A stretch of DNA of 64,000 bases from an uncultured Holophaga sp. (GTDB taxonomy: Bacteria > Acidobacteriota > Holophagae > Holophagales > Holophagaceae): NCBI GenBank assembly GCA_963664825.1, contig OY761614.1, positions 2,496,001 through 2,560,000 on the forward strand. Reading direction: 5' to 3'. Made by a program: the position numbers and the translations under genes. The notes beneath the pieces were generated by a model. The model searched no databases, was not told the origin of the DNA, and saw nothing but the letters and a program-made list of their open reading frames with translations. Of this stretch, positions 1-9,559 are shown in pieces; the first letter of the stretch is position 1, and each line of letters begins with the position of its first letter.

Positions 1-612
1 GAGCCCTCCGAGGCATTCCGCTCCCGCCTGGCCCGTGAGGACCAGGCGCTCGGCGCTCGCCTCCGGATATCCGAGATGCACCACGCAGGCGAAGCGGTCC
101 AGCTGGCTCTCGGGCAGGGGGAAGGTGCCGGCATGATCCATGGGATTTTGGGTGGCGATGACGAAGAAGGGCTCGGGCAGGCGATAGGTGCTGCGGTCCA
201 GGGTCAGCTGCCCCTCGACCATGACCTCCAGCAGGGAACTCTGGGTCTTGGGTCCGATGCGATTGAGCTCGTCCAGCAGCAGCACGTTGGTGAAGACCGG
301 TCCCGGGTGGAAGCGGAAGGCCTGGGAGGGCCCATCCCAGATATGGACTCCCAGCAGATCGGAGGGCAGGAGATCATTGGTGCCCTGGATGCGCTGGTAG
401 CTCCCGCCCATGAGGCGGCTGAGACCCTTGGCCAGGGTGGTCTTGCCCACGCCGGGCAGATCCTCCAGGAGCAGGTGGCCCCCGGAGAGCAGGACGGCCA
501 CGGCCCTCCGGACCTGGGAATCCTTGCCCACGATGACCCGAGAGAGGGCCTCGATGCCTGCGAGGGCACCCCCTCGCAGGGTTTCCAGAGATGGGGGTGG
601 GGCCTGGGGCAT
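1..612 (-). CDS. MoxR-family AAA+ ATPase (3' end runs off the window)
   Basis: Translated by hand from ATG at 612: GHLLLEDLPGVGKTTLA (Walker A), RIQGTNDLLPSD, LLDELNR, FVIATQNP, GTFPLPESQLDRF. Missing from the ORF track because its stop lies outside the window. Confidence 0.92.
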   Translation of the reverse strand, partial: MPQAPPPSLETLRGGALAGIEALSRVIVGKDSQVRRAVAVLLSGGHLLLEDLPGVGKTTLAKGLSRLMGGSYQRIQGTNDLLPSDLLGVHIWDGPSQAFRFHPGPVFTNVLLLDELNRIGPKTQSSLLEVMVEGQLTLDRSTYRLPEPFFVIATQNPMDHAGTFPLPESQLDRFACVVHLGYPEASAERLVLTGQAGAECLGGL

Positions 613-624
613 GGTGCCTGATTC

Positions 625-1857
625 CTAGTGGTCTTCGATGGGGATCTGGTGCTCCCGCAGGCGCTGGGCGAGGGTGCGGGGCGTGATGCCCAGTTCCGTT
701 GCGGCGGGCGTGATCTGGTTTCCATGGGCCTGGAGGGCCCGCAGCAGGAGCTGGGCTTCCGTGGCCTTGGAGGCTGCGGCCTGCATCGATTCAAGGGTGC
801 CGGGCGGGGGCCAGGGGATGCAGAGCGAGGCTTCGAGCCCACCGGCGGGCAGGCGGGGCAGGATTCCGAGGAGGTTGCCCTCCTGGGTGCGCAGGGCCTG
901 GGAGACGCACCAGGCCAGTTCTCGCACGTTCCCCTGCCATTCCCGGGTGAGGAGCTCCCGCTCCGCGCCCCGCTCGATCTGGGGGGCGGGGCGGCCTTCA
1001 CTCCGCGCCTGGGCCTCCAGGAACATGCGGAACAGGGGCAGGATATCCTCCCTCCGTTCCCGCAGGGGGGGCAGGGGGAAGCAGAGGACGCCCAGGCGGT
1101 CCCTCAGGGTGGGGGCCAGGGAGGCCAGATCCCGGGCCCCAGCCATCCAGTGGAGCCTCCGGCCGGCCTCGCTCTCCAGGGCCCGCAGGAGGCCTGGGAT
1201 GGCGGAGGCCGCGAGGGTTTCCAGGTCGGCCAGGAAGAGACTGCCGCCCTTGAGCAGGGCCAGCCGCGCCGGGTCGGGTCCCTCCGGGCCCAGGTTCTCG
1301 GAGGCGAGGGCGAAAAAGGGGGCGGCCCCGTGGCGGAGGCTGTGGAGTCGGCGGGCCGCGCGCTGCTTGCCGACGCCCCGCTCCCCCAGGAACAGGGCAT
1401 TCGCCCCGCTCTCGGCGGCCCTGGAAAGGCCTTCATCCATCGCCCGCATGGCCGGGCTCAGGGTGATCCAGGGCTCTCTGGGGTCCGGCGGCGGGGCGCC
1501 CACCAGGGCCCGCAGGCGCTCCAGCACATCGTTGAAGAGATCCAGATCGAAGGGCTTGCCCAGGAAATCATCGGCGCCGAGGCGGATGGCCTCGACGATA
1601 TCCTTGGGCTCCCCGAAGGCGCTCATGAGGACCACCCGCAGTCCCGGCTGAATGCGCTTGGCGCGTTTCAGAAGCTCCAGGCCGCTGAATTCCGGCAGGC
1701 GCAGATCGGTCACCATGGCCTCGAAGGGCTCGCGCCGCAGGGTTTCGAAGGCCTCCAATGGATTGCCCACCGCCACCACGTCCCAGGCCGAGCCCTCCAG
1801 GGCCTGGACGAGGAGACGCCGGAAGCTATCCTTGTCTTCCACGATGAGGAGGCGCAT
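625..1857 (-). CDS. NtrC-like response regulator (receiver, degenerate AAA, Fis-type HTH)
   Basis: Receiver domain (IVEDK, TDLRLP, KPFD), GERGVGK, LPPLRERREDI, WQGNVREL and C-terminal HTH; no GAFTGA motif. Confidence 0.85.
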   Translation of the reverse strand: MRLLIVEDKDSFRRLLVQALEGSAWDVVAVGNPLEAFETLRREPFEAMVTDLRLPEFSGLELLKRAKRIQPGLRVVLMSAFGEPKDIVEAIRLGADDFLGKPFDLDLFNDVLERLRALVGAPPPDPREPWITLSPAMRAMDEGLSRAAESGANALFLGERGVGKQRAARRLHSLRHGAAPFFALASENLGPEGPDPARLALLKGGSLFLADLETLAASAIPGLLRALESEAGRRLHWMAGARDLASLAPTLRDRLGVLCFPLPPLRERREDILPLFRMFLEAQARSEGRPAPQIERGAERELLTREWQGNVRELAWCVSQALRTQEGNLLGILPRLPAGGLEASLCIPWPPPGTLESMQAAASKATEAQLLLRALQAHGNQITPAATELGITPRTLAQRLREHQIPIEDH

Positions 1858-1891
1858 GCCCCCAGGCTATCAGTCTTCGCCGCGGGTATCC

Positions 1892-3247
1892 CTATCCGCA
1901 TTCCGCGATGAAATGACGGGACTGGATTGCGGCCTGAGCCTCGAAGAGTTCCGTCCCTTCGATCAGGGGCAGATCCTGCTCCCGCGCCCATCGCGCGAAG
2001 GCCGTGTCCGTCGTGTAGACCCATTCCGCGGCCCAGCGTAGCGAGGGCAGAGCCGCCTCCAGCAGCTCGGGGAAGGGGCAAGGGTCCGTTTCTTCCATGC
2101 CCAGGCTCGTGGCCTGGACAAGTCCCACGGGTTTGGCGATGGCCACCCTGGCGGGTCCCAGGGGGCTGCGGCGGGAGGCCTGGAGGCATTCGAAGCCGAG
2201 GCGCTCCAGGACCTCCCGGGAGCTTGCCGCCACGCCTCCATCCCCCAGGAGGAGCACGGGGCCCTTCGGCATTTTGGACACCCGCTGTGCAAAGGCCTCG
2301 GCATCCGTGTTGGCGCCCTGCCAGGGCTCGCCTGGGGCCCTGCGCCAGAGGGTATTGAGGGGGCCCTGCATGCCCATCCGCCCGGGCAGCGTCTCCTTGA
2401 GGGGGGCCGTCAGGCTGGCCCCGAGGATGCCCAACTCCTCCAGGGCCTCCATGGCCTCCCCGGGATCTCCCGTCTGTAGGGGCAGGTAGAGCAGATCCTT
2501 GAAGTTCCTCTGGAACCTCGCATTGTGGAAGGCCGGGCCCCGGGAGTGGAGCACCGGGTCCCCCAAGACGCCGCAGAGGGATAAACCCCCATGGAGGCGG
2601 TGGAGGCGCCAGCTCCGCATCCTCGAAAAGGGCAGCTGGCCCGAAGCCGCGGGGGGGCCGTCATCGGGCGCGCAGAAGGTGAAGGCCCCGCCCCAGGCGG
2701 CCTGGAGGCAGCGGCTGGGCAGGCCCTTGGGGCCCATGAGGAAGGCCGAGAGAGCTAGGCCATGGTTCTTGGCGTGGGCCAGGGCGGGCTTCAGGCGGGC
2801 ATTATCCGAGAGGCGCGAGGCGAGGCCCACCCACTTGAAGGCGTCCCCCGGGGGCAGCGCCTCCAGGCGGGCCTCCAGATCAAAGACCCCCTCGGGCACA
2901 TGCACGCTCCGCAGCAGGCGCGTGTGGGCCCGGTGGAGGCGGAGTTCTTCGGGAAGATCCACGTCCCATTCCAGATCCAGCCAGGCTGGGCGCGCTTCCA
3001 GGGCCGAGTAGAGCCTTGCCAGGCGCTCGGTCTCCGTGCCCTGCCACTGCCCCCCTTCGCGGCTCCGCCGACAGCTCACGAGGCAGCGCCGGGCCAAGGC
3101 GGTCACCAGATCCGCGGTCTGGAATTCCGGGAAGAGATCGAGCCGCAGTTCGGGCAAGGCCTCTGGAGGAAGGCTCTTGGCGCAGGCCCAGGCCTCCTCC
3201 CAGGAGGGGTGGGTGAGGGAAACGATATAGAAGGGGGGTGCGTTCAA
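1892..3247 (-). CDS. Bifunctional type I 3-dehydroquinate dehydratase / shikimate dehydrogenase (AroD-AroE fusion)
   Basis: ELRLD, CRRSREGG and LDLE in the N-terminal half; GDPVLHSRGP, SLTAPLK, NTD and LLGDGG in the C-terminal half. Confidence 0.85.
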   Translation of the reverse strand: MNAPPFYIVSLTHPSWEEAWACAKSLPPEALPELRLDLFPEFQTADLVTALARRCLVSCRRSREGGQWQGTETERLARLYSALEARPAWLDLEWDVDLPEELRLHRAHTRLLRSVHVPEGVFDLEARLEALPPGDAFKWVGLASRLSDNARLKPALAHAKNHGLALSAFLMGPKGLPSRCLQAAWGGAFTFCAPDDGPPAASGQLPFSRMRSWRLHRLHGGLSLCGVLGDPVLHSRGPAFHNARFQRNFKDLLYLPLQTGDPGEAMEALEELGILGASLTAPLKETLPGRMGMQGPLNTLWRRAPGEPWQGANTDAEAFAQRVSKMPKGPVLLLGDGGVAASSREVLERLGFECLQASRRSPLGPARVAIAKPVGLVQATSLGMEETDPCPFPELLEAALPSLRWAAEWVYTTDTAFARWAREQDLPLIEGTELFEAQAAIQSRHFIAECG

Positions 3248-3452
3248 GGTGGGCTCGACGGGAGACAGGTGAAGTCCCTCCTAGGTTCGCAGAAGCGCCT
3301 CCGGAGGGGCAGGCGGAAGCGCGATGAAATCGGGAAGCCGGAGCCTGGAAAATTTGCTATGGCCAGAAAGGGTGTTGGATTAACCTTCTGCCTAACTCAA
3401 GACCGCTAGTGAATTTCACAGTCCTGTTCCACCGACTCCGGCGGAGGTCGTC

Positions 3453-4778
3453 ATGCTCATGTTCTGGATCCAGTTCGCCCTGGTGCTCAGTGCCATCCTG
3501 CTGGGCATCCGCCGGGGAGGCGTCGCCCTCGGGCTCATTGGCGGCATGGGGGTGGCCCTGCTCGTGCTCGGATTCCGGGTGGCGCCCTCGGAGCCTCCCA
3601 TCGCGGTGATGCTCATCATCCTGGCGGTGGTGACGGCTTCGGCCACGCTACAGGTGGCCGGGGGCCTCGATTATCTCGTGCAGCTCACCGAGCGGATGCT
3701 GCGAGCCAATCCCAAGTACGTCACGATCCTGGCGCCCCTTTCGACCTTCTTCCTCACCGTCTGCGTGGGCACGGGACATGCGGTCTACGCCCTTCTCCCG
3801 GTCATCGCCGATGTGGCCCTGAAGACCAAGATCCGTCCGGAGCGGCCCATGGCCATCTCCAGCGTGGCCTCCCAGATGGGCATCACCGCAAGCCCCGTGG
3901 CCGCGGCGGTGACGACCTTCCTGGCCATTGCCGCCAAGAGCGGGCATCCCGTGGGCCTCTTCGACATCATCAAGGTGACCCTGCCCGCCGGCGTCATCGG
4001 CGTGCTGGCGGCGGCGGCCTGGAGCTTCAATCGCGGCAAGGATCTGGACAAGGATCCCGAGTACCAGAAGCGCCTGGAGGATCCTGCATTCCGGAAGGAC
4101 CTGGAACTTTCGGTGACCACCCTGGATAAGCGGATCAGCACGAGCGCCAAGCTCTCCGTGGTCCTCTTCTTCGGCGGCGTGCTCACCATCATCCTGTTCG
4201 CCCTGTTCCCCGGCCTGCTGCCCCTGGTGGGCGGTAAGCCCGTGCCCATGACGACAGCTGTCCAATTCGTGATGCTCTCCTTCGGGGCCTTCATTCTCTT
4301 TGCCACCAACGTCAAGGCCACCGACATCGCCCATTCCAGCGTCTTCATCGCCGGGATGATCGCGGTGGTCTCTATATTTGGCATCGCGTGGATGAGCGAT
4401 ACCTTCGTGAGCGCCAACAAAAACTTCCTGGTGAGCAAGATCAGCGTGATGGTCAAATTCGCGCCCTGGACCTTCGCCCTGGCCATGTTCGCGGTCTCGG
4501 CCTTCGTGAAGAGCCAAGCCGCCACCCTCACCATCATGCTGCCCTTCGGCCTGGCCCTGGGGCTTCCCATTCCCCTGCTGCTGGGGCTCATGCCGGCCAG
4601 CTACGCCTACTTCTTCTTCGCCTTCTACCCCAGCGATCTGGCGGCCATCAACATGGATCGCTCGGGCACCACCCGGATCGGGAAGTACCTGCTCAACCAC
4701 AGTTTCATGATCCCCGGCTTCATCGGCGTCTCCGTTTCCACGGTGGTGGCCTACTTGATCTCCAGGGCCCTCTTCTGA
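3453..4778 (+). CDS. Anaerobic C4-dicarboxylate transporter, Dcu family
   Basis: Polytopic membrane protein with GTGH, IRPERPMA, SQMGITASPVAAA, YPSDLAAI and GTTRIGKYLLNHSF. Confidence 0.93.
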   Translation: MLMFWIQFALVLSAILLGIRRGGVALGLIGGMGVALLVLGFRVAPSEPPIAVMLIILAVVTASATLQVAGGLDYLVQLTERMLRANPKYVTILAPLSTFFLTVCVGTGHAVYALLPVIADVALKTKIRPERPMAISSVASQMGITASPVAAAVTTFLAIAAKSGHPVGLFDIIKVTLPAGVIGVLAAAAWSFNRGKDLDKDPEYQKRLEDPAFRKDLELSVTTLDKRISTSAKLSVVLFFGGVLTIILFALFPGLLPLVGGKPVPMTTAVQFVMLSFGAFILFATNVKATDIAHSSVFIAGMIAVVSIFGIAWMSDTFVSANKNFLVSKISVMVKFAPWTFALAMFAVSAFVKSQAATLTIMLPFGLALGLPIPLLLGLMPASYAYFFFAFYPSDLAAINMDRSGTTRIGKYLLNHSFMIPGFIGVSVSTVVAYLISRALF

Positions 4779-5575
4779 TTGGATGCTGCCTGGCGCCTCT
4801 TGGCCTCCTGCCAGGCCCCCTCCAGGCGCTCCAGGTTCTGCTCCTCCCATCCGCCATTCCGCAGGGCGAAGTCCTCCACCTCTTGGAAGCGGCCCTTGAA
4901 GCGCCGCATCTGGCGCCGCAGGGCGCGATCGGGATCCACGCCCATCTTCCGGGCCCACTGGACCAGAGAGAAGAGCACATCGCCGAATTCCTCTTCCACC
5001 CGCTCGGCGCCGCTTTCGGCCTGGAGTTCGCCGATCTCCTCCTTCACCTTGTCCAGGACCCCTTCCATATCGGGCCATTCGAAGCCGACCTTGGCGCAGC
5101 GCTTCCCCATCTCCATGGCCTCTTCCAGGGGCGATAGGGACTTGGCGATGCCCTCCATGAGGCGTGGCGACGTGTCCTGGCCCCGTTCGGCCTTTTCCTC
5201 CCGCTTGATGGCCTTCCAGTTGACGAGGACCTCCTCGGCATCTTCCACATCGCATTCCCCGAAGACGTGGGGATGGCGCCGGATGAGCTTCTCCACGATC
5301 ATCCGCTCCACGTCGTGGATATCCCAGGCCCCGCGCTCCTGGGCGAGCTGGGCGTGGAAGACCACCTGGAGCCAGAGATCCCCCAGTTCCTCGCAGAGGT
5401 GGCGCTCGGTCTCCGGGTCCCCGGGCTCGTGGGCGGCCAGGGCATCCAGGACCTCGGCGGCCTCCTCCCGCAGATACTTGGCCAGGGTCTGGTGATCCTG
5501 CTTCAGATCCCAGGGACATCCCGTCTTCGGATCTCGGAGCATGAACATGAGGGCGGGGAGCGTGGTGGGAGTCAT
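4751..5575 (-). CDS. mazG: Nucleoside triphosphate pyrophosphohydrolase MazG
   Basis: GCPWDLKQ, EELGDL, KLIRRHPHVFG and a second EEFGDVLF repeat. Confidence 0.93.
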   Translation of the reverse strand: MTPTTLPALMFMLRDPKTGCPWDLKQDHQTLAKYLREEAAEVLDALAAHEPGDPETERHLCEELGDLWLQVVFHAQLAQERGAWDIHDVERMIVEKLIRRHPHVFGECDVEDAEEVLVNWKAIKREEKAERGQDTSPRLMEGIAKSLSPLEEAMEMGKRCAKVGFEWPDMEGVLDKVKEEIGELQAESGAERVEEEFGDVLFSLVQWARKMGVDPDRALRRQMRRFKGRFQEVEDFALRNGGWEEQNLERLEGAWQEAKRRQAASNQKRALEIK

Positions 5576-5584
5576 GCTCCCAGT

Positions 5585-7540
5585 CTAACCCTTCAGTTCT
5601 TCGAAGCCGCAGAGGCGCCCCGCGAAGGCGCTGGCGGCGACCGTGGCGGGGCTGGCGAGCCAGACCTGACCGGGGCCGCTGCGGCCGGGGAAGTTGCGGT
5701 TCACGGCAGAGACTGTCACCTGATCGGCTCGGGTGCTGACCCCGGGGCCCGCATGGATGCAGGCCCCGCAGCTGGGGCCCAGGAGGCGGGCCCCCGCCTC
5801 CTCCAGGGCACTGATCCAGCCCATCTGGAGGGCATGGCGCCGCACGTCCTCGCTGCCGAATTGGATGAAGAACTGGACATGGAGGGGGACCGTGAGTCCA
5901 TGATCGAGGGCCCAGCGGACGACTTCGTAGACGCGCTCCAAGTCCTCGCGCTTGCCTCCGGTGCAGCTCCCCGCATAGGCGAGATCGATGTGGACCGGTG
6001 CGGCCAGATCCCGCAGGGCGATTCCGTTCCCGGGGTCCCCCGGCCGGGCGACCATGGCGAAGATTGCCTGGCAGTCGACCTCCAGGGTGTGGGCGAATTC
6101 CGCATCCGGGTCGCTCTGCATCCAGTCTTCGAGGGGGATATCCGAGTGGCGTCGTTCCCAGAGGAAACGCACCGTCTGGGCGTCCGGGGCCACGATGCCC
6201 GTGAATCCGCCGATCTCCGCGGCCATATTGGTGAGGGTCGCCCGTTCATCCGTATTGAGCCATTCCAGGGCCTCTCCCTGGTATTCCACCACATGGCCCA
6301 GGGCTCCGCCCTCCTGGATGAAGGGCAGGCGCAGCAGATGCAGGACGAGATCCTTGGCCGAAACGCCGGGTCGCAGGCGGTGGTTCAGCTTCACTCGCAG
6401 CGTGGGTGGCACCGTCACACGGACGTCTCCCGTAACGAAGGCGTTGGCGATATCTGTCGTGCCCACGCCGAAGGCGAGGCTTCCCAGGGCGCCACAGTGG
6501 GGCGTATGGGAATCCGTGCCGACGATCACCTGGCCTGGCATGGCGTAGCGCTCGGCCATGAGGATGTGGGAGATGCCCTCCGCGCTGCCGTCGGACTGCT
6601 CTCCATGGAGCCTGATATCGTGGCGGGCACAGAAGGCCTCCTGGGAATGCCTGAGGCGCTCGGCCACTTCCAGGAGTCCCTGGGCCTGGCGTTCCTCGTT
6701 CATCACCCGGTCCAGGAAATTGAGATGATCCCGGAAGGCCAGGATCCGCTGGGGATCCTTCAGCTTCACATGCTCGCCGAAGGCCTCCTGCAGGAAGCTG
6801 GCGGCCATGGGCGTCACGTACTCGTGGGAGAAACGCCAATGGGTGTTGACGAAGATGCCGTCCCCGGGCCTCACCGCTTCCACGCCGAGGGCCCCCGAGA
6901 CGGGATCTACAACGGTGTTGCGCGCCAGGATCTTCTCCACCAGCGTCATGGGGCGCTTCCCGTGCTGGGGCAGGGGCACCTGCAGCTCGCCCTTCATGCG
7001 GGCGCGATTGAAGGCGAAGAGGCCTCCCTGCTCCAGGATGGCGCGCGTGATGGGGTCGAGGCCGGCGGTGAGTTCCTCTATGGGGATGGATTCTCCCGCC
7101 CGGATGCGCGCGATCAGGCCGAAGTCTGTGCTGGTGAAGAGGCCCAGGTTCTGGCAGTTCTGCTGATAGGGGTGTTCGAAACTCTCGGCCAGGACGAGTC
7201 GGATACCCGCGCACCATTCGGCGTAGGGGCTGGCCTCCCGGCTGGAGCCCTTGCCGCGCCGCTTGCCGGCCACGCTCACCTGGAAGTGGCCCCGCTTCAC
7301 CGCGCCCTCGCTGATGGGGAACTGGTCCTCACACCTCAGGCCGATGTAGGGGAAGTCGCCCAGCCGCTCCTCGAAGAAGTAGCAGACCCAGTTCGGCGCG
7401 ATCTCGTCGGCCCCGATCTGGTCCCTCAGGGGCAGGGCCTCTTCCAGCGAGAGATCCTCTCCCGCCAGCTGCCGCTGGAGCTTATCGGGATCCCCGCACA
7501 GGAAGAGAACCCGCCCCTGGATTTTCACCGCAATGGACAT
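5585..7540 (-). CDS. Aconitase-family hydratase with swivel domain fused N-terminally (LeuD-LeuC-like)
   Basis: N-terminal GKGSSREASP (swivel); C-terminal GTDSHT, GSCTGG, CGAC and NRNFPGRSG. Start placed at MSIAVK. Confidence 0.85.
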   Translation of the reverse strand: MSIAVKIQGRVLFLCGDPDKLQRQLAGEDLSLEEALPLRDQIGADEIAPNWVCYFFEERLGDFPYIGLRCEDQFPISEGAVKRGHFQVSVAGKRRGKGSSREASPYAEWCAGIRLVLAESFEHPYQQNCQNLGLFTSTDFGLIARIRAGESIPIEELTAGLDPITRAILEQGGLFAFNRARMKGELQVPLPQHGKRPMTLVEKILARNTVVDPVSGALGVEAVRPGDGIFVNTHWRFSHEYVTPMAASFLQEAFGEHVKLKDPQRILAFRDHLNFLDRVMNEERQAQGLLEVAERLRHSQEAFCARHDIRLHGEQSDGSAEGISHILMAERYAMPGQVIVGTDSHTPHCGALGSLAFGVGTTDIANAFVTGDVRVTVPPTLRVKLNHRLRPGVSAKDLVLHLLRLPFIQEGGALGHVVEYQGEALEWLNTDERATLTNMAAEIGGFTGIVAPDAQTVRFLWERRHSDIPLEDWMQSDPDAEFAHTLEVDCQAIFAMVARPGDPGNGIALRDLAAPVHIDLAYAGSCTGGKREDLERVYEVVRWALDHGLTVPLHVQFFIQFGSEDVRRHALQMGWISALEEAGARLLGPSCGACIHAGPGVSTRADQVTVSAVNRNFPGRSGPGQVWLASPATVAASAFAGRLCGFEELKG

Positions 7541-7620
7541 GGTGCCAGGATCGCACAAACACCCCCTGGTACGCACGAAGGCCTCCGGTTTCGGAGGCCT
7601 TCTGGGAAAAGAAAGAGGGG

Positions 7621-7968
7621 CTACTCCCCTTCGCTTTCGAGTTTGTCGGAGAGTTCATCGAGGTGGGCCAGGAGGCGCTTGGCCATGTCCTCATCTTCCA
7701 GGATGGAGAAGTCGTCGTCCTTCACCTCGAAGATCTCGATATTGAGATTGGGATCCTCCGGGGCATTCTCGTCTTCGGTATAGGCCTGGACCTCGGCGAG
7801 GGGGGCCATGATGCAGAAGTGGCGACCCTCGAAGTCGAGTTCGTCGAGGACGGCAAACTCTTCCTTTTCTCCATTCTCGTCCTCGAGTTCGACGACCTCG
7901 ATTTCCTGCTCTTCGTGGTCGTGATCGTGGTCGCAGTCAGGTCCGTGGACGTGCTTCTCTTGGGCCAT
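7621..7968 (-). CDS. DUF1292-like acidic protein with His-rich N-terminus
   Basis: HVHGPDCDHDHDH followed by LEDENGEKEEFAVLD. Confidence 0.75.
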   Translation of the reverse strand: MAQEKHVHGPDCDHDHDHEEQEIEVVELEDENGEKEEFAVLDELDFEGRHFCIMAPLAEVQAYTEDENAPEDPNLNIEIFEVKDDDFSILEDEDMAKRLLAHLDELSDKLESEGE

Positions 7969-8038
7969 TCCGGGCTCCTTGCAAGAGTCCTAGATTAAGC
8001 CATGGCCCCCTCGCCTTCCAGGGGAAATTCCTGGGTTC

Positions 8039-8737
8039 CTAGGAACCCCAATCCACCCGGGCCTCGCCTGAACCCGTCACCACGGCCTGGACCCATTTCC
8101 GCGTGGGCAGTTCCACCCGGATCTTGTCGCCCATGGCTCCGGGCCCCCTGGCTGTGGCATCCGCCGAGATGATCAGGGAACCCGATTTGACGGAGAGCCG
8201 CACGCGCTCCCCGGCGTTGACCAGGGGGATGGGCTCCAGATCCGCCTGAGTCAGGGTGTGGCCCGTGGCGACGGCATTGCGCAGGCGGTAGCCTGCGGGA
8301 AAGCTCGTGAGGGCGCCCGTGGGCGGGTTTCCTTCGAAATTGATCTCCTCCAGCTGATCCTCGGTGGGCACGGTTTTGCGCCTCAGGGGTTCGGTCACCT
8401 TCAGGAGCTTGCCCGTCCAGCGCCCTTCGAGTTCAATGCGGGTGCTGCCGGCCAGGCGTCCATCGACCCGGACCCTGAAGACGGCGAAGAAGGCGCCCGT
8501 GGGTTCCCGCTTGCTCAGATAGGAAGGCTCGAACTGGACCTCTGTGCCCTTCATCCGGGGCAGGAGGGGGGGCTTGGTGGCGCGGATCACGTATTGACCC
8601 GCGCTGCCCTTGGCCTGGGCCTGGGCATATTCGACGGCCTCCCGGGCCAGGCGCTCGGGAAGGGGCAGGGCCTTCTCGTCGTCCCCGGCCGAAAGGACCA
8701 GGCAGGCGAAAAGGAGGAGGGCGGTCGGGAGTCTCAT
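8039..8737 (-). CDS. flgA: Flagellar P-ring chaperone FlgA
   Basis: Signal peptide, C-terminal LVNAGERV...GAMGDKIRV; lies downstream of flgG. Confidence 0.82.
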   Translation of the reverse strand: MRLPTALLLFACLVLSAGDDEKALPLPERLAREAVEYAQAQAKGSAGQYVIRATKPPLLPRMKGTEVQFEPSYLSKREPTGAFFAVFRVRVDGRLAGSTRIELEGRWTGKLLKVTEPLRRKTVPTEDQLEEINFEGNPPTGALTSFPAGYRLRNAVATGHTLTQADLEPIPLVNAGERVRLSVKSGSLIISADATARGPGAMGDKIRVELPTRKWVQAVVTGSGEARVDWGS

Positions 8738-8742
8738 GACGG

Positions 8743-9531
8743 TTAGCGCTTGAGGTTGGTCACGGTCTGCAGCATCGAATCGACGGTCTGGATGGTCTTG
8801 GAATTGGCTTCGTAGGCCCGCTGGCCGATGATCATGTTCACCATCTCCTCGGCCACGTCCACGTTGGACATCTCCAGGAAACCCTGCTGGATCGTTCCCA
8901 GCCCGTCCAGGCCCGGCGTGCCTTCGATGGCGTCTCCGCTGGCCAGTGTGGGCTGGACGAGGTTGTGCCCCAGTTGATTGAGTCCGGTGGGATTGATGAA
9001 CTTCACTAGGGTGATCTGGCCCACCTGCTGGGGCTGGGTCTGGCCGGGCTGGGTCACGCTCACGGTGCCATCGGCGGCGATGGTGACGCTGGTGGCGTCC
9101 TGGGGGACGGTGATCTGAGGATCCATGGCGTAGCCACTGGCGGTGACCAGGGCGCCATTCTGATCGACGGAAAAGGCACCATCCCGGGTGTAGGCCTGGG
9201 TGCCATCGGGCATGGTGACCCGGAAGAACCCGTCGCCCTCGATGGCCATATCGAAGCGGCCCCCGGTGGTGCGGAAGTTCCCGGTGGTGTACTGGTGCAC
9301 CACGCTCTGGAGCCTGGCCCCGTGGCCCAATTGGATGCCCGCGGGCAGCGTGGTGCTATTGGAGCTGCTGGTGCCCGCCAGATTGATGGTCTGGTAGAGC
9401 AGATCCTGGAACTCGGCCCGGGCCTTCTTGAAACCCGTGGTGTTGGTGTTGGCCAGGTTGTTGGAGATGGTGTCCATATTGGATTGCTGGACGGACATTC
9501 CGGCGGCTGCAGACCACATTGCTCTCATCAT
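8743..9531 (-). CDS. flgG: Flagellar distal rod protein FlgG
   Basis: ISNNLANTNTTGFK, FQDLLYQ, YTRDGAF, LEMSNVDVAEEMVNMIIGQRAYEANSK. Confidence 0.95.
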   Translation of the reverse strand: MMRAMWSAAAGMSVQQSNMDTISNNLANTNTTGFKKARAEFQDLLYQTINLAGTSSSNSTTLPAGIQLGHGARLQSVVHQYTTGNFRTTGGRFDMAIEGDGFFRVTMPDGTQAYTRDGAFSVDQNGALVTASGYAMDPQITVPQDATSVTIAADGTVSVTQPGQTQPQQVGQITLVKFINPTGLNQLGHNLVQPTLASGDAIEGTPGLDGLGTIQQGFLEMSNVDVAEEMVNMIIGQRAYEANSKTIQTVDSMLQTVTNLKR

Positions 9532-9559
9532 GGCTATGGCTCCTTGGTGGAAATTGAAC

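Noticed and set aside
5267..7783. Long antisense ORFs (838 aa here; also 628-1911, 3648-5519, 34399-35760, 42825-43826, 52792-54546, 57681-59138)
   Set aside because: Shadow frames of real high-GC genes on the opposite strand, with no recognisable motifs.
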